DNA from: Somniosus microcephalus
Lineage: Eukaryota
Direction: 5' to 3'
Length of the DNA stretch: 64,000 bases
Assembly: GCA_052327205.1 (NCBI GenBank)
Contig: CM126211.1
Coordinates: 226,424,001 to 226,488,000 of the forward strand
In this document: piece after piece, positions 36,303 through 48,380 of the stretch
Layout of the letters: every line of letters begins with the position of its first letter
Position numbering within the stretch: the first letter of the stretch is position 1
The notes under the pieces: generated by a model
What the model was told of the DNA's origin: nothing
Seen by the model: only the letters and a program-made list of their open reading frames with translations
Databases searched by the model: none
Translations under genes and position numbers: made by a program

Positions 36303-39270
36303 GACTTCCTAGGAAGACCCACCTATTGCTCACCTCTTGGCTTCAGCACCGTAGACTATATGATTACAGATCTAGACCCATCCTCTTTCAGAACATTCAC
36401 CGTCAAACCGCAAACAACATTGTCAGACCACAGTCAAATTACTGCATATCTTGAAAGGACAGAAACAACCAACACAGAAACACAACCCAGTAAACTGTAC
36501 AACATTAAAAAATCCTACAGATGGGCCAAAAACAGCACGGAAATATACCAGAAATCAATTAGCAACCAAACAACTCAAGCTCTCTTGGACACCTTTCTGG
36601 AAAATACATACACACACAATAAAGAAGGCGTAAACCGGGCAGTGAATAACCTAAATAATACTTTTGATAATCTGGCATCAATGTCAAACTTGAAAGTTCG
36701 AAAGAACAAACCCAAAACAAAAAACTACGAAAAATGGTTTGACTCCGATTGCCAGAACATGAGGAAAAAACTCAGAAAAATATCAAACCAAAAACACAGA
36801 CAACCAGAAAACGAGGAATTACGCCTTGCTTATTGTCAGGCACTAACACAATACAAACGCACACTCAGAACCAAGAAAGAGCAGTATATTAAGAATACAC
36901 TCATCTCCATTGAGGAATCCATTGATTCCAATTGTTTCTGGGACAACTGGAATACATTACACAAAAAACAACACGATGAATTGGCCATTCAAAACGGTGA
37001 CACATGGGAAAACCATTTTGAAAAATTATACCAGAAAAACACACTAAGCCCAGAGCAATACCAAATATGCGAAAAACTGGCAAAGCTAGAACCCGATAGA
37101 CACCATAATATCTGAAAAAGAGCTAATTGAAAAACTCAAGGACCTGCGACCAGGAAAGGCTTGCGGGGCAGACGGCATCCTAAGCGAGATGATTAAACAC
37201 ACGGACGATAAAATGAGATTGGCTATACTGAAACTCTTCAACTTGGTTCTGAGTGTCGGTTACTTCCCTGATATCTGGAACAAAGGACTCATAATGCCCA
37301 TATACAAAAGTGGGGATAAAGGAGACCCAAATAACTATCGAGGCATCTGTGTAAACAGTAACATGGGAAAGGTTTTCTGTAGTATCATAAACAAAAGACT
37401 TATAAACTTCCTTGAGGAGCACAATGTCTTGAGTAAAAGCCAAATTGGATTCCTGCCAAACTATAGAACATCAGATCATATCTTCACCCTACAGACCCTA
37501 ATTGACAAGCACGTCCATCAAAACAAAAGCAAAATCTACGCATGCTTTATAGATTTCCAGAAGGCTTTCGATTCCATCTGGCACGGCGGTCTATTCCTGA
37601 AACTTATCGAAAGCGGGGTAGGGGGAAAAACATATGATGTAATTAAATCAATGTATACAAACAACAAATGTGCAGTTAAAATTGGAGACAAACAAACAAA
37701 ATACTTCCCACAGGGGCGGGGGGTGACGCAGGGCTCGCCAATCTCACCGACACTCTTTAATATTTACATAAATGAATTAGCAAAACTACTTGAACAATCT
37801 ACAGCACCCAGCCTCACCCTATATGAATCCAAGGTTAAATTCCTCCTCTATGCAGACGACCTGGTTCTGCTGTCACCAACTAAGGAGGGTCTACAGCAGA
37901 ACCTGGATCTGCTGGAATCAGTCTGTCAGACCTGGGCCCTGACAATAAACCTCCAAAAAACCAAAGTCCTCGTGTTCCAACAAAGATCCAGACATCAGGG
38001 ACCCAAAATAAATCTCACACTAGGAACAACTAAAATCAAACAAACCACTAACTACACATACTTGGGCATAAAACTCAGCTCTACGGGAAATTTCAAACTG
38101 GCTGTGAATGAACTGAAAGAGAAAGCAAGAGGGGCTTTCTACGCCATTAAAAGATCAATCCAAATAGAAATCCCAATTAGCATTTGGCTCAAAATTTTCA
38201 AATCAGTAATTGAACTAATTGCACTCTATGGCAGTGAAGTGTGGGGACCGCTAACACAACAAGAATTTGCAAAATGGGACAAACACCCAATTGAGATCCT
38301 ACATGCAGAATTCTGTAAAAGTATCCTCCGGACTCAAAGGAAAACCGTAAACAATGCATGCAGGGCAGAACTAGGCCAATTTCCACTAATAATTACTATC
38401 CAAAAAAGAGCCACCAAATTTTGGAAACACCTAAAAATGAGCAACCCCCACTGCTATCATTACGAAGCCTTGAAATGCCAAGAGAGGACCATAAAGAATA
38501 ACTCCCTCAGTCAACTAGTCCTGGGACTCAGTGAAGCAACCACTAACACTACTAACAATAACCAGCCCCAGGACAGTGACATCGTAGCAGAGAGAATTCG
38601 ACCCAACACAATTGTCACTAAACAAAAGGAAAAATACCTGTCATATTGGGCAGAAACAACAAAAACCCAAAGCAAACTCAATTGCTACTTGGCCCTAAAC
38701 AGACAATACAACATGGCTGAGTACCTGACCATGGTAAAGGATAACAAACTGAGAAAAACCTTGACAAGGTACAGACTTAGCGAACATAACCTAGCAATCG
38801 AAAAAGGCAGACACAGGCAGACCAGGCTGCCGAGAGAGGACAGGATATGCTCTCACTGCAGTCAGGGAGTAGTGGAGACAGAGATGCACTTCCTCACAGC
38901 CTGTGGAAAATATCAGGGCATCAGGGAGAATTTCTACCAAAAATTCTCACAAATATGCCCTGAATTCAGAAATCTGAATGACGACCAAAAACTCCCATAC
39001 CTACTGGGGGAGGAGAGAAGCTGTGTAGCACTGGCGGCACACTATGTTACAGCTTGCCATGAACAGAGGGACAACCAGTAAACCTAAGAAAAGAGTATAT
39101 ATAAATAATGCGAATGTATATTTATACACTCAGGGATATACCTGTTTATACACTGTATGAATAGAACTGCGTTTATGTGTTCAACCATAAATGTATTTTG
39201 ATGCTTTGGCAACATAAGATGTACCTTATCATGCCAATAAAGCGATTTGAATTGAATTGAATTGAATTGA
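36303..39270 (+). mobile_element. A-rich non-LTR retrotransposon (L2/Daphne-like group), 5'-truncated; intact 630-aa RT ORF 37189-39081
   Basis: VDY...SDH endonuclease end; NYRGI, FIDFQKAFD, GVTQGSPISP, YADD; C-terminal C..C...HF...C; AATAAA then (TTGAA)n tail; one frameshift near 37090. Confidence 0.9.
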
Positions 39271-39412
39271 GAGGCGGAGATGTTTAGGCAGGGAATTCCA
39301 GAGCTTAGGGCCCCGGGCAACAGAAGGCGCGGCCACCAATGGTTGAGCGATTATAATCAGGGATGCTCAAGAGGGCAGAATTAGAGGAGCGCAGAGATCT
39401 CCGGGGGGTTGT

Positions 39413-39873
39413 AACAGAAGCAGCGATGGAGGCCACGACGACCCGCTGTAGCACGGCGGCCGGCAGCTCCTCGGCGGGAGGCTCGGAGGTCGAACCGGTA
39501 GGAGGGGAGGCGGCCAGCGGACCGAGGGCGGGAAAAGCAGGCCCTGGAAGGTCGGACACCGCGGGAGGCTCGGAGGTCAGACCGGGTGGAAGGAGAGCCA
39601 GGGAGAAGCAGGCCCTGGGACGTCGGTACCATGGCAGCTGAAGATTGTCGGGCAGGAGTGCGGGAAAGGCGGAGCGAGGCGAGAGCGGACCCTATTGTGA
39701 TGGCGCCGATGAAGATGGCTGCCGTCCTTGCGGGCTCCGTGCGTACCAGGCAGCTAAGTGTCCTTTGCTGCTTGGTGCGCTCGGCTCGTTAAGAAAAAAG
39801 CATTTCACTGACTGGATTTCACTTGTTGTATTTGGTTATGTGACAAATAAAATTGAAATTGAAATTGAATTGA
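39413..39873 (+). mobile_element. GC-rich non-coding retroposon with Rex1/Babar-like tail
   Basis: CpG-rich body with internal repeat GCGGGAGGCTCGGAGGTC...AAGCAGGCCCTGG x2; tail TGTGACAAATAAAATTGAAATTGAAATTGAATTGA. Confidence 0.55.
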
Positions 39874-40334
39874 AACACAGAAGATAGGAGCAGGAGTAGG
39901 CCATTCGGCCCCTCGAGCCTGCTCCGCCATTCAATGAGATCATGGCTGATCATCCAAATTCAGTACCCTGTCCCTGCTTTCTCCCCACGTCCCTTGATCC
40001 CTTTAACCTTAAGAAATATATCTAACTCCTTCTTGAATATATTTAATGAATTGGCCTCAACTGCCTTCTGTGGTAGAGAATTCCACAGGTTCACCACTCT
40101 CTGGGTGAAGAAATTCCTCCTCATCTCTGTCCTAAATGGCTTACCCCTTATCCTTAGACTGTGACCCCTGGTTCTGGACTCCCCAACCATCGGGAACATC
40201 CTTCCTGCACCTAGTCTGTCTAGTCCTGTTAGAATTTTATAAGTTTCAATGAGATCCCCTCTCATTCTTCTAAACTCGAGCGAGTATAAGCCTAATCGAC
40301 CCAATCTCTCCTCATACATCATTCCTGCCATTCC
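39874..40334 (-). mobile_element. CR1 3' fragment
   Basis: PGMAGMMYEERL...KAGTGY plus CR1 tail. Confidence 0.9.
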
Positions 40335-40445
40335 AGGGCTGGAGGAGGTAAGAGATAGGGAGGGGGCGAGGGCCACGGAGGGATTTGAACACAAGGATGA
40401 GAATTTTAAATTTGAGGCGTTGCTGGATTGGGAGCCAATGTAGGT

Positions 40446-43400
40446 CAGTGAGCGCAGGGGGTGAGGGGTGAACGGGACTGGGTGCGAGTTAGGACACGGG
40501 GCAGTGAGCACGGGGGGTGACGGGGTGAACGGGACTGGGTGTGAGTTAGGACACGGGGCAGTGAGCACAGGGGGTGATGGGTGAACGGGACTGGGCGTGA
40601 GTTAGGACACGGGGCATTGAGCGCAGGGGGTGATGGGTGAACGGGACTGGGTGTGAGTCTGGACATGGGGCAGTGAGCACAGGGGGTGACGGGGTGAACG
40701 GGACTGGGTGTGAGTTAGGACACGGGGCAGTGAGTACAGGGGGTGAGGGTTGAACGGGACTGGGAGTGAGTCTGGACACGGGGCAGTGAGCACAGGGGGT
40801 GAGGGGTGAACGGGACTGGGTGTGATTTAGGACACGGGGCAGTGAGCACAGGGGGTGAGGGGTGAACGGGACTGGGTGCGAGTTAGGACACGGGGCAGTG
40901 AGCACAGGGGGTGATGGGTGAACGGGACTGGGTGTGAGTTAGGACACGGGGCAGTGAGCACAAGGGGTGAGGGGTGAACGGGACTGGGTGCGAGTTAGGA
41001 CACGGGGCAGTGAGCACAGGGGGTGATGGGTGAACGGGACTGGGTGTGAGTTAGGACACAGGGCAGTGAGCACAGGGGTGATGGGTGAACGGGACTGGGT
41101 GTGAGTTAGGACACGGGGCAGTGAGCACAGGGGGTGATGGGTGAACGGGACTGGGTGCGAGTTAGGACATGGGGCAGTGAGCACAGGGGGTGAGGGGTGA
41201 ACGGGACTGGGTGCGAGTTAGGACACGGGGCAGTGAGCACAGGGGGTGATGGGTGAACGGGACTGGGTGTGAGTTAGGACACGGGGCAGTGAGCACAGGG
41301 GGTGATGGGTGAACGGGACTGGGTGTGAGTTAGGACATGGGGCAGTGAGCACAGGGGGTGATGGGTGAACGGGACTGGGTGTGAGTTAGGACATGGGGCA
41401 GTGAGCACAGGGGGTGAGGGGTGAACGGGACTGAGTGTGAGTTAGGATACGGGGCAGTGAGCACAGGGGGTGAGGGGTGAACGGGACTGGGTGTGTGTTA
41501 GGACACGGGGCAGTGAGCACAGGGGGTGAGGGGTGAACGGGACTGAGTGTGAGTTAGGACACGGGGCAGTGAGCACAGGGGGTGATGGGTGAATGGGACT
41601 GGGTGCGAGTTAGGACACGGGGCAGAGAGCACAGGGGGTGATGGGTGAACGGGACTGGGTGTGAGTTAGGACACGGGGCAGTGAGCACAGGGGGTGATGT
41701 GTGAACGGGACTGGGTGTGAGTTAGAACACGGGGCAGTGAGCACAGGGGGTGATGGGTGAACGGGACTGGGTGCGAGTTAGGACACGGGGCAGTGAGCAC
41801 AGGGGGTGATGGGTGAACGGGACTGGGTGTGAGTTAGGACACGGGGCAGTGAGCACAGGGGGTGATGGGTGAACAGGACTGGGTGTGAGTTAGGACACGG
41901 GGCAGTGAGCACAGGGGGTGATGGGTGAACGGGACTGGGTGTGAGTTAGGACACGGGGCAGTGAGCACAGGGGGTGATGGGTGAACGGGACTCGGTGTGA
42001 GTTAGGACACGGGGCAGTGAGCACAGGGGGTGATGGGTGAACGGGACTCGGTGTGAGTTAGGACACGGGGCAATGAGCACAGGGGGTGAGGGGTGAACGG
42101 GACTGGGTGTGAGTTAGGACACGGGGCAGTGAGCACAGGGGGTGAGGGGTGAATGGGACTGGGTGTGAGTTAGGACACGGGGCAGTGAGCACAGGGGGTG
42201 AGGGGTGAATGGGACTGGGTGTGAGTTAGGACACGGGGCAGTGAGCACAGGGGGTGAGGGGTGAACGGGACTGGGTGTGAGTTAGGACACGGGTCAGTGA
42301 GCACAGGGGGTGAGGGGTGAACGGGACTGGGTGTGAGTTAGGACACGGGGCAGTGAGCACAGGGGGTGAGGGGTGAACGGGACTGGGTGCGAGTTAGGAC
42401 ACGGGGCAATGAGCACAGGGGGTGAGGGGTGAACGGGACTGGGTGCGAGTTAGGACACGGGGCAATGAGCACAGGGGGCGAGGGGTGAACGGGACTGGGT
42501 GCGAGTTAGGACATGGGGCAGTGAGCACAGGGGGTGAGGGGTGAACGGGACTGGGTGCGAGTTAGGACATGGGGCAGTGAGCACAGGGGGTGAGGGGTGA
42601 ACGGGACTGGGTGCGAGTCTGGACACGGGGCAGTGAGCACAGGGGGTGAGGGGTGAACGGGACTGGGTGCGAGTTAGGACACGGGGCAATGAGCACAGGG
42701 GGTGAGGGGTGAACGGGACTGGGTGCGAGTTAGGACACGGGGCAATGAGCACAGGGGGCGAGGGGTGAACGGGACTGGGTGCAAGTTAGGACACGGGGCA
42801 GTGAGCACAGGGGGTGAGGGGTGAACGGGACTGGGTGCGAGTTAGGACACGGGGCAGTGAGCACATGGGGTGATGGGTGAACGGCACTGGGTGCGAGTCT
42901 GGACACGGGGCAGTGAGCACAGGGGGTGAGGGGTGAACGGGACTGGGTGCGAGTTAGGACACGGGGCAGTGAGCACAGGGGGTGAGGGGTGAATGGGACT
43001 GGGTGCGAGTTAGGACACGGGGCAGTGAGCACAGGGGGTGATGGGTGAACGGGACTGGGTGTGAGTTAGGACACGGGGCAGTGAGCACAGGGGGTGAGAG
43101 GTGAACGGGACTGGGTGCGAGTCTGGACACGGGGCAGTGAGCACAGGGGGTGAAGGGTGAACGGGACTGGGTGCGAGTCTGGACACGGGGTAGTGAGCAC
43201 GGGGTGAGGGGTGAACGGGACTGGGTGCGAGTTAGGACACGGGGCAGTGAGCACAGCGGGTGAGGGGTGAATGGGACTGGGTGCGAGTTAGGACATGGGG
43301 CAGTGAGCACAGGGGGTGAGGGGTGAACGGGACTGGGTGTGAGTTAGGACACGGGGCAGTGAGCACAGGGGGTGAGGGGTGAACGGGACTGAGTGCGGGT

Positions 43401-44635
43401 GTGGGAGAAAACGTATTAAACATTAAGGCATGCTGGGATACTTGACCACTTTACTAATTGAACAAAGGACACTAAACTAGTTAAAACTAAAAGAACTGCT
43501 GACTGCCATAATAAAGTCAAGCTGACCTTTTGGCTTAGGACATCTGGTGATAAAATGTAAACATGTTAATCTGTTTCTTGAGAACAATGGAACCTATGAA
43601 ACCATATGTTGAAATGTAATGTAAGCTAATCACATGAAGTTGTTTACCTTGCTGTATAACAATAGTAATTTAGAGTGCTGGTGAGCAGTAGGGACTGCTG
43701 CAGACTCTCCGTGATATCATGTAATAAATTCCTAAAGCGAACCTCGGAGTCTCCGTCTGATAGTTAATTTCCTCGACAGCGAGTTAGGACACGGGGCAGT
43801 GAGCACAGCGGGTGAGGGGTGAATGGGACTGGGTGCGAGTTAGGACACGAGGCAGTGAGCACAGGGGGTGATGGGTGAAAGGGACTGGGTGTGAGTTAGG
43901 ACACGGGGCAGTGAGCACAGGGGGTGATGGGTGAACGGGACTGGGTGTGAGTTAGGACATGGGGCAGTGAGCACAGGGGGTGAGGGGTGAACAGGACTGG
44001 GTGCGAGTTAGGACACGGGGCAGTGAGCACAGGGGGTGATGGGTGAACGGGACTGGGTGTGAGTTAGGACATGGGGCAGTGAGCACAGGGGGTGATGGGT
44101 GAATGGGACTGGATGTGAGTTAGGACACGGGGCAGTGAGCACAGGGGGTGATGGTGAACGGGACTGGGTGTGAGTTAGGACACGGGGCAGTGAGCACAGG
44201 AGGTGAGGGGTGAACGGGACTGGGTGTGAGTTAGGACACGGGGCATGAGCACAGGGGGTGATGGGTGAATGGGACTGGGTGTGAGTTAGGACACGGGGCA
44301 GTGAGCACAGGGTGTGATGGGTGAACGAGACTGGGTGTGATTTAGGACACGGGGCAGTGAGCACAGGGGGTGAGGGGTGAACGGGACTGGGTGTGAGTTA
44401 GGACACGGGGCAGTGAGCACAGGGGGTGAGGGGTGAACGGGACTGGGTGTGAGTTAGGACACGGGGCAGTGAGCACAGGGGGTGTGGGGTGAACGGGACT
44501 GGGTGTGAGTTAGGACACGGGGCAGTGAGCACAAGGGGTGATGGTGAATGGGACTGGGTGCGAGTTAGGACATGGGGCAGTGAGCACAGGGGGTGAGGGG
44601 TGAACGGGACTGGGTGTGAGTTAGGACACGGGGCA
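40446..44635 (+). repeat. 56-bp minisatellite (about 68 copies) derived from L2 ORF2, interrupted by a solo LTR
   Basis: Unit GGGACTGGGTGTGAGTTAGGACACGGGGCAGTGAGCACAGGGGGTGATGGGTGAAC; both flanks are continuous L2 sequence. Confidence 0.97.
43400..43778 (+). mobile_element. Solo LTR inside the minisatellite
   Basis: TGT...ACA termini, AATAAA ~43723, 5-bp TSD GCGGG/GCGAG (1 mismatch), AT-rich versus array. Confidence 0.8.
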
Positions 44636-45059
44636 GCAGGGTTTTGGAGGATGTGAAGTTTACGGAAGGTGTGAGTGACCGTTTGTCGATAACCCCCCGG
44701 AAAGACGCAGACCAGTAGTTCCTTCAATTGTTCCGCTCGCTCATGTGACTGCAAGCCTAATCTCTCTCTATCCTTGCCTTTGCAGGGCAAGATGGCGCAC
44801 GAAGCCCGGGAGAGGGCAAAGAATTGTGGGGGCCTCCCAAATGTCCGCCCACTGACCCCCTACGAGGAGAAGGTGGTGGCGCTGCTGGGTTCCGGCATCA
44901 CTGTGGTCGTGGTGAAGGCCGAAGGTGGGGGAGGAGAGTCCAGAGCCAGGTGGGTACCTGACCGCTGGGCAGCCATCTGTCAATGCACCAGGATAGGGGA
45001 CCAGCTCTCCTCTACCCATCCCAAGGGGCATCTCAGCACCAGCAAAGCCAACCAAAGCC

Positions 45060-45958
45060 AACCCCTTTCAGCATTCCGTAGGGACCACTCCCTCTGAGAC
45101 ACCCTAGTCCACTCTTCTAGCACCCCCAGCACCCCTTCCCCTTCACCCGGCACCTTCCCGTGCAAGCGCAGGAGATGCAACACCTGCCCGTATGCCTCCC
45201 CCCCCTTCCCACTGTCCAGGGCCCCAAACACCCCTTCCAGGTGAAACAGCGATTTACTTGTACTTCTCGCAATCTAGTATACTGTATTCGCTGCTCACGA
45301 TGCGGTCTCCTCTACATTGGGGAGACCAAACGCAGACTGGGTGACCGCTTTGCGGAACACCTCCGTTCAGTCCGTAAGGGGGACCCCGAGCTTCCGGTCG
45401 CCTGTCACTTTAATTCACCGCCCCATTCCCACTCAGACCTCACCGTCCTCGGCCTCTTGCATTGTTCCACGGAAGCTCAACGTAAACTCGAGGAACAGCA
45501 CCTCATCTTCCGATTAGGCACTTTACAGCCTTCCGGACTCAATATCGAGTTCAACAATTTCAGATCATAACTTCGGCCCCTATTATATTTTTATATTTTT
45601 TTTATCCAGCCTTTTGGTTTATGCCTTTTCCTTTTTTTCTCTCCCACATGGCAGCTGTCTCTCACTCTGCCAGCGCATTTCACACTTCATCCAGAGCTGT
45701 CTTTTGTCTCTTTACCTGTGATATTACCATCTCGTCTCGCCTTGAATATCTCTTAATGTCTCTTCACTTCCCTTTTGTTCTTTCATCCCCTCCCCCATTT
45801 CCCAGCCCCCAAACTGGCCTTTTAATCTGTTTCATTTCCTGCCTTTGTTTTCTCAGTTCTGATGAAGGGTTTCGACCTGAAACATTGACTCAGTTTCTCT
45901 CTCCACGGACGTTGCCTGGCCTGCTGAGTTTTTCCAGCGTCTTCTGTTGTTATTTCAA
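45060..45958 (+). mobile_element. Penelope-like element 3' fragment (GIY-YIG)
   Basis: ORF 45160-45570 nearly identical to the C-terminus of 20225-21556. Confidence 0.92.
45855..45890 (+). ncRNA. Minimal hammerhead ribozyme motif, second copy
   Basis: AGTT-CTGATGA-A-GGGT(TTCG)ACCT-GAAA-CA-TT-GACT: perfect CUGAUGA and GAAA, altered helix III/cleavage triplet. Confidence 0.65.
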
Positions 45959-46366
45959 CCATTTTTAACCTCTGTTTCCATTTTTCCTTCCCACAGGTCA
46001 ATCAAGAGTCTGGAAGGCAGTCGTTGTGAAGGAGGAGGGGGACGAGGAGGAGGTGCTGAAACTGGGGGAGTGGATTCCGGAGGAGCTGATGCAGGCAGAC
46101 TCTGGCTCTGTCGCTTTTTGTCTCTGAGGGGCTGATGCAAAGCCAGAGCTGCACACCTCCGCTCTTTCCTGGCATTGAAGCCTGCCCCCCCCCCACCTTC
46201 TGCCCATCCCCAAGCATGAGCTGCCCAGCTCTCCGCAGCCGGGTACCAAAGTGGGCGCTCTCCTCCGGGGTGAGCCAGCGCCTCAATCCAGGCTGAGCTC
46301 TCCCGCGCCGCGCGGTCTAGCTCCAGGGGACAGGGTTGAGGCTGTTGCCACCTCTCCGGAGAGATT

Positions 46367-47188
46367 GGGCAGGATTTTCATTGGGCCGTGGAGGCGGGAC
46401 TGGAGGCGCGTGGGGGGTTCAAATCCCGAAATTGCGGGGGGCACGAACCCATCCCGCCCCCAACCCGCCTCCATGCCAGTTTCAAAGGAGGCGGGTACCC
46501 GCCCCGCACTGGGACCCACCTCCCCGAGGCGGGAAGGGGATTAGTGCCAATTAACTGCCTGTTAACAGTTTTTAGCCTAATCCCTATTTTTAATGTTGAA
46601 GTGTGGGATTCCCGACGGCTCCAAACCACGCCAAGTTAGAGGAGGCGGACCGTCGGGATGAAGGGCTTGGAGGGGTCGAGGTGTCCGGTGTTCAGGTGAG
46701 TGATGGGTGCATGAGTGCAGAGGTAAGTGTGTTTGGTGTGTGTAAAGTATTTAAAGAAGTTTTACATACCTTTACAACCTTCCTTCCTTCAGGTCTCGGG
46801 AGTCCCTCATCTCACCGGCACAGAAAGCAGAATGGCCGCGAGCTGTCAAAATCTGCAGTATTCAGCTTTCTGTTCTGGGGAGATCTCTAAATCATCCTGA
46901 GAGGAAGGAATTAACTTAGAATACAGATTGTCAGTGTTTGACAGCTTCAAACAGCTGTGAAACGCTGATATTTCATCTGTCAAAAGGTCTTGACAGAGGA
47001 AATATCAATCTGTGATGCCACCTGTTGCCGGGTGGCCCTTAATTGGCTTGCTGAGCCCGCTGGGTGGGCTCAACAAGGTCAATCAAGTCAAAATCGTGTG
47101 GGTTGGCTAGAACTCGATGGAGGCGGAACTATAACCCCGAAAGTTGTAGTCACGCCTCCTACCCAACTCCTCAATGAAAATCCAGCCC
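46367..47188. mobile_element. Non-autonomous DNA transposon (MITE), PIF/Harbinger-type
   Basis: 17-bp TIRs GGGCAGGATTTTCATTG / CAATGAAAATCCAGCCC (1 mismatch); 3-bp TSD ATT both sides. Confidence 0.88.
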
Positions 47189-47979
47189 ATTGAGTCTAGA
47201 TTGCGGTGGTGAAGAACTGCTGAGTCAGTGGAACCAGACTTGTCGCCTGCAGGTCTGAAGAGGCGTCTGCTGCTGGAGCATCAGAGGGGCATGAGGACTC
47301 TGGGCTCCGTCAACAGTAACGTGGAGCTTCTGGCGGGTGTGGCCTTCGAGCCTGCCTCAATGCTCAGCACCAACATTGCGCGGGTGTTGCTGGAGCTGCG
47401 AGGATCGGTGCAGCAACTGGCGACCGCATCGGGACAGGTAGCAGGTCCCCCGGTAGGGGGTGGTTGGGCCTCCCACCTTGATGGTAGCTCAGGCCTCTGC
47501 TCTCGAGGCTTTGGGCAATAGACTGGAGGGCGCGATAAGTTGTGGCTTCCAGTCTCTCACCGAGGCCGCGCGGGGTCTGGCGGCACCCGTCGTGCCGCTG
47601 GCCGAGGCCACGGGTCAAGACCCCGGTGGAAGGGCGGCTGGTGCGGTCCTAGTGCCCGCTGCTGCCACTTCTCCAGGTTCCACCCTTCCAGTAACGGGCA
47701 CGTGGCAGGACGCGCCGGATCTCCCCCCTGGGACGCAGCCCTGGTCCAGGAGCTCACGGGTGTCAGCACGGTCCGAACAGGGGCCTGCAACTCATCAGCC
47801 TGGCATCTTACCAACACCACCACAGCCTAGGTCTCCGGTCCCGAGTTCAGTGGGAGACGGCTCACGGGAGCAGCTGGCCGAAGGGCTTGTCTAGACACCC
47901 GGGGCCCTCGAAGGAGTGCATTGAGGGTGGAATTTAATCTTGGTGTCTCCACTACCTCTTCCATCTCCTCCTTTGCCAG

Positions 47980-48346
47980 GAAAGAAAGGCTTACATTTAT
48001 ATCGCGCTTTTCACGACGTCCCTCTTTACAGCCAACTACTGCAAGTACTTTTGAGGTGTTGTATAATGTAGCAGCCAATTTGCACACAGCAAAGTGATCA
48101 TAACCAGACAATCTGTTTTTAGTGATGTTGATTGAGGGATAAATATTGGCCCAGGACACCAGGGAGAACTCCCCTGCTCTGCTATTGAAATAGTGCCCTG
48201 GGATCTTTTACGTCCACCTGAGAGAGCAGACAGGGCCTCAGTTTAACGTCTCATCCGAAAGACGGCACCTCCAACAGTGCAGTACTCCACTGGAGTGTCA
48301 GCCTAGATTTTTGTGCTCAAGTCCCTGGAGTGGGACTTGATCCCAC

Positions 48347-48380
<34 letters not shown>
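47980..48380 (-). mobile_element. SacSINE1-like SINE
   Basis: Tail, core, partial head. Confidence 0.82.

Larger units (their letters stand above)
36128..44670 (-). mobile_element. One L2 LINE 3' portion split into pieces (36128-36302, 39271-39412, 40335-44670) by nested insertions
   Basis: Pieces rejoin into L2 3' sequence; minus strand reads RKLHILQN.AA..VLT.T.SRSPITP..L.DLHWLPIQQRLKFKIL. Confidence 0.75.
44671..47930 (+). pseudogene. Second Harbinger Myb/SANT gene remnant (intron 1, exon 2, exon 3), disrupted by Penelope and a MITE
   Basis: GTGAGT...CTAAT..TTGCAG|GKMAHEARERAKNCGGLPNVRPLTPYEEKVVALLG parallels exon 2 of the 4343-6244 gene; acidic exon after CCACAG at 45996. Confidence 0.65.

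Noticed and set aside
40445-44790. Many MLTAPCPNSHPVPF repeat ORFs
   Set aside because: 56-bp unit is not a multiple of three; products are array translations of an L2 fragment
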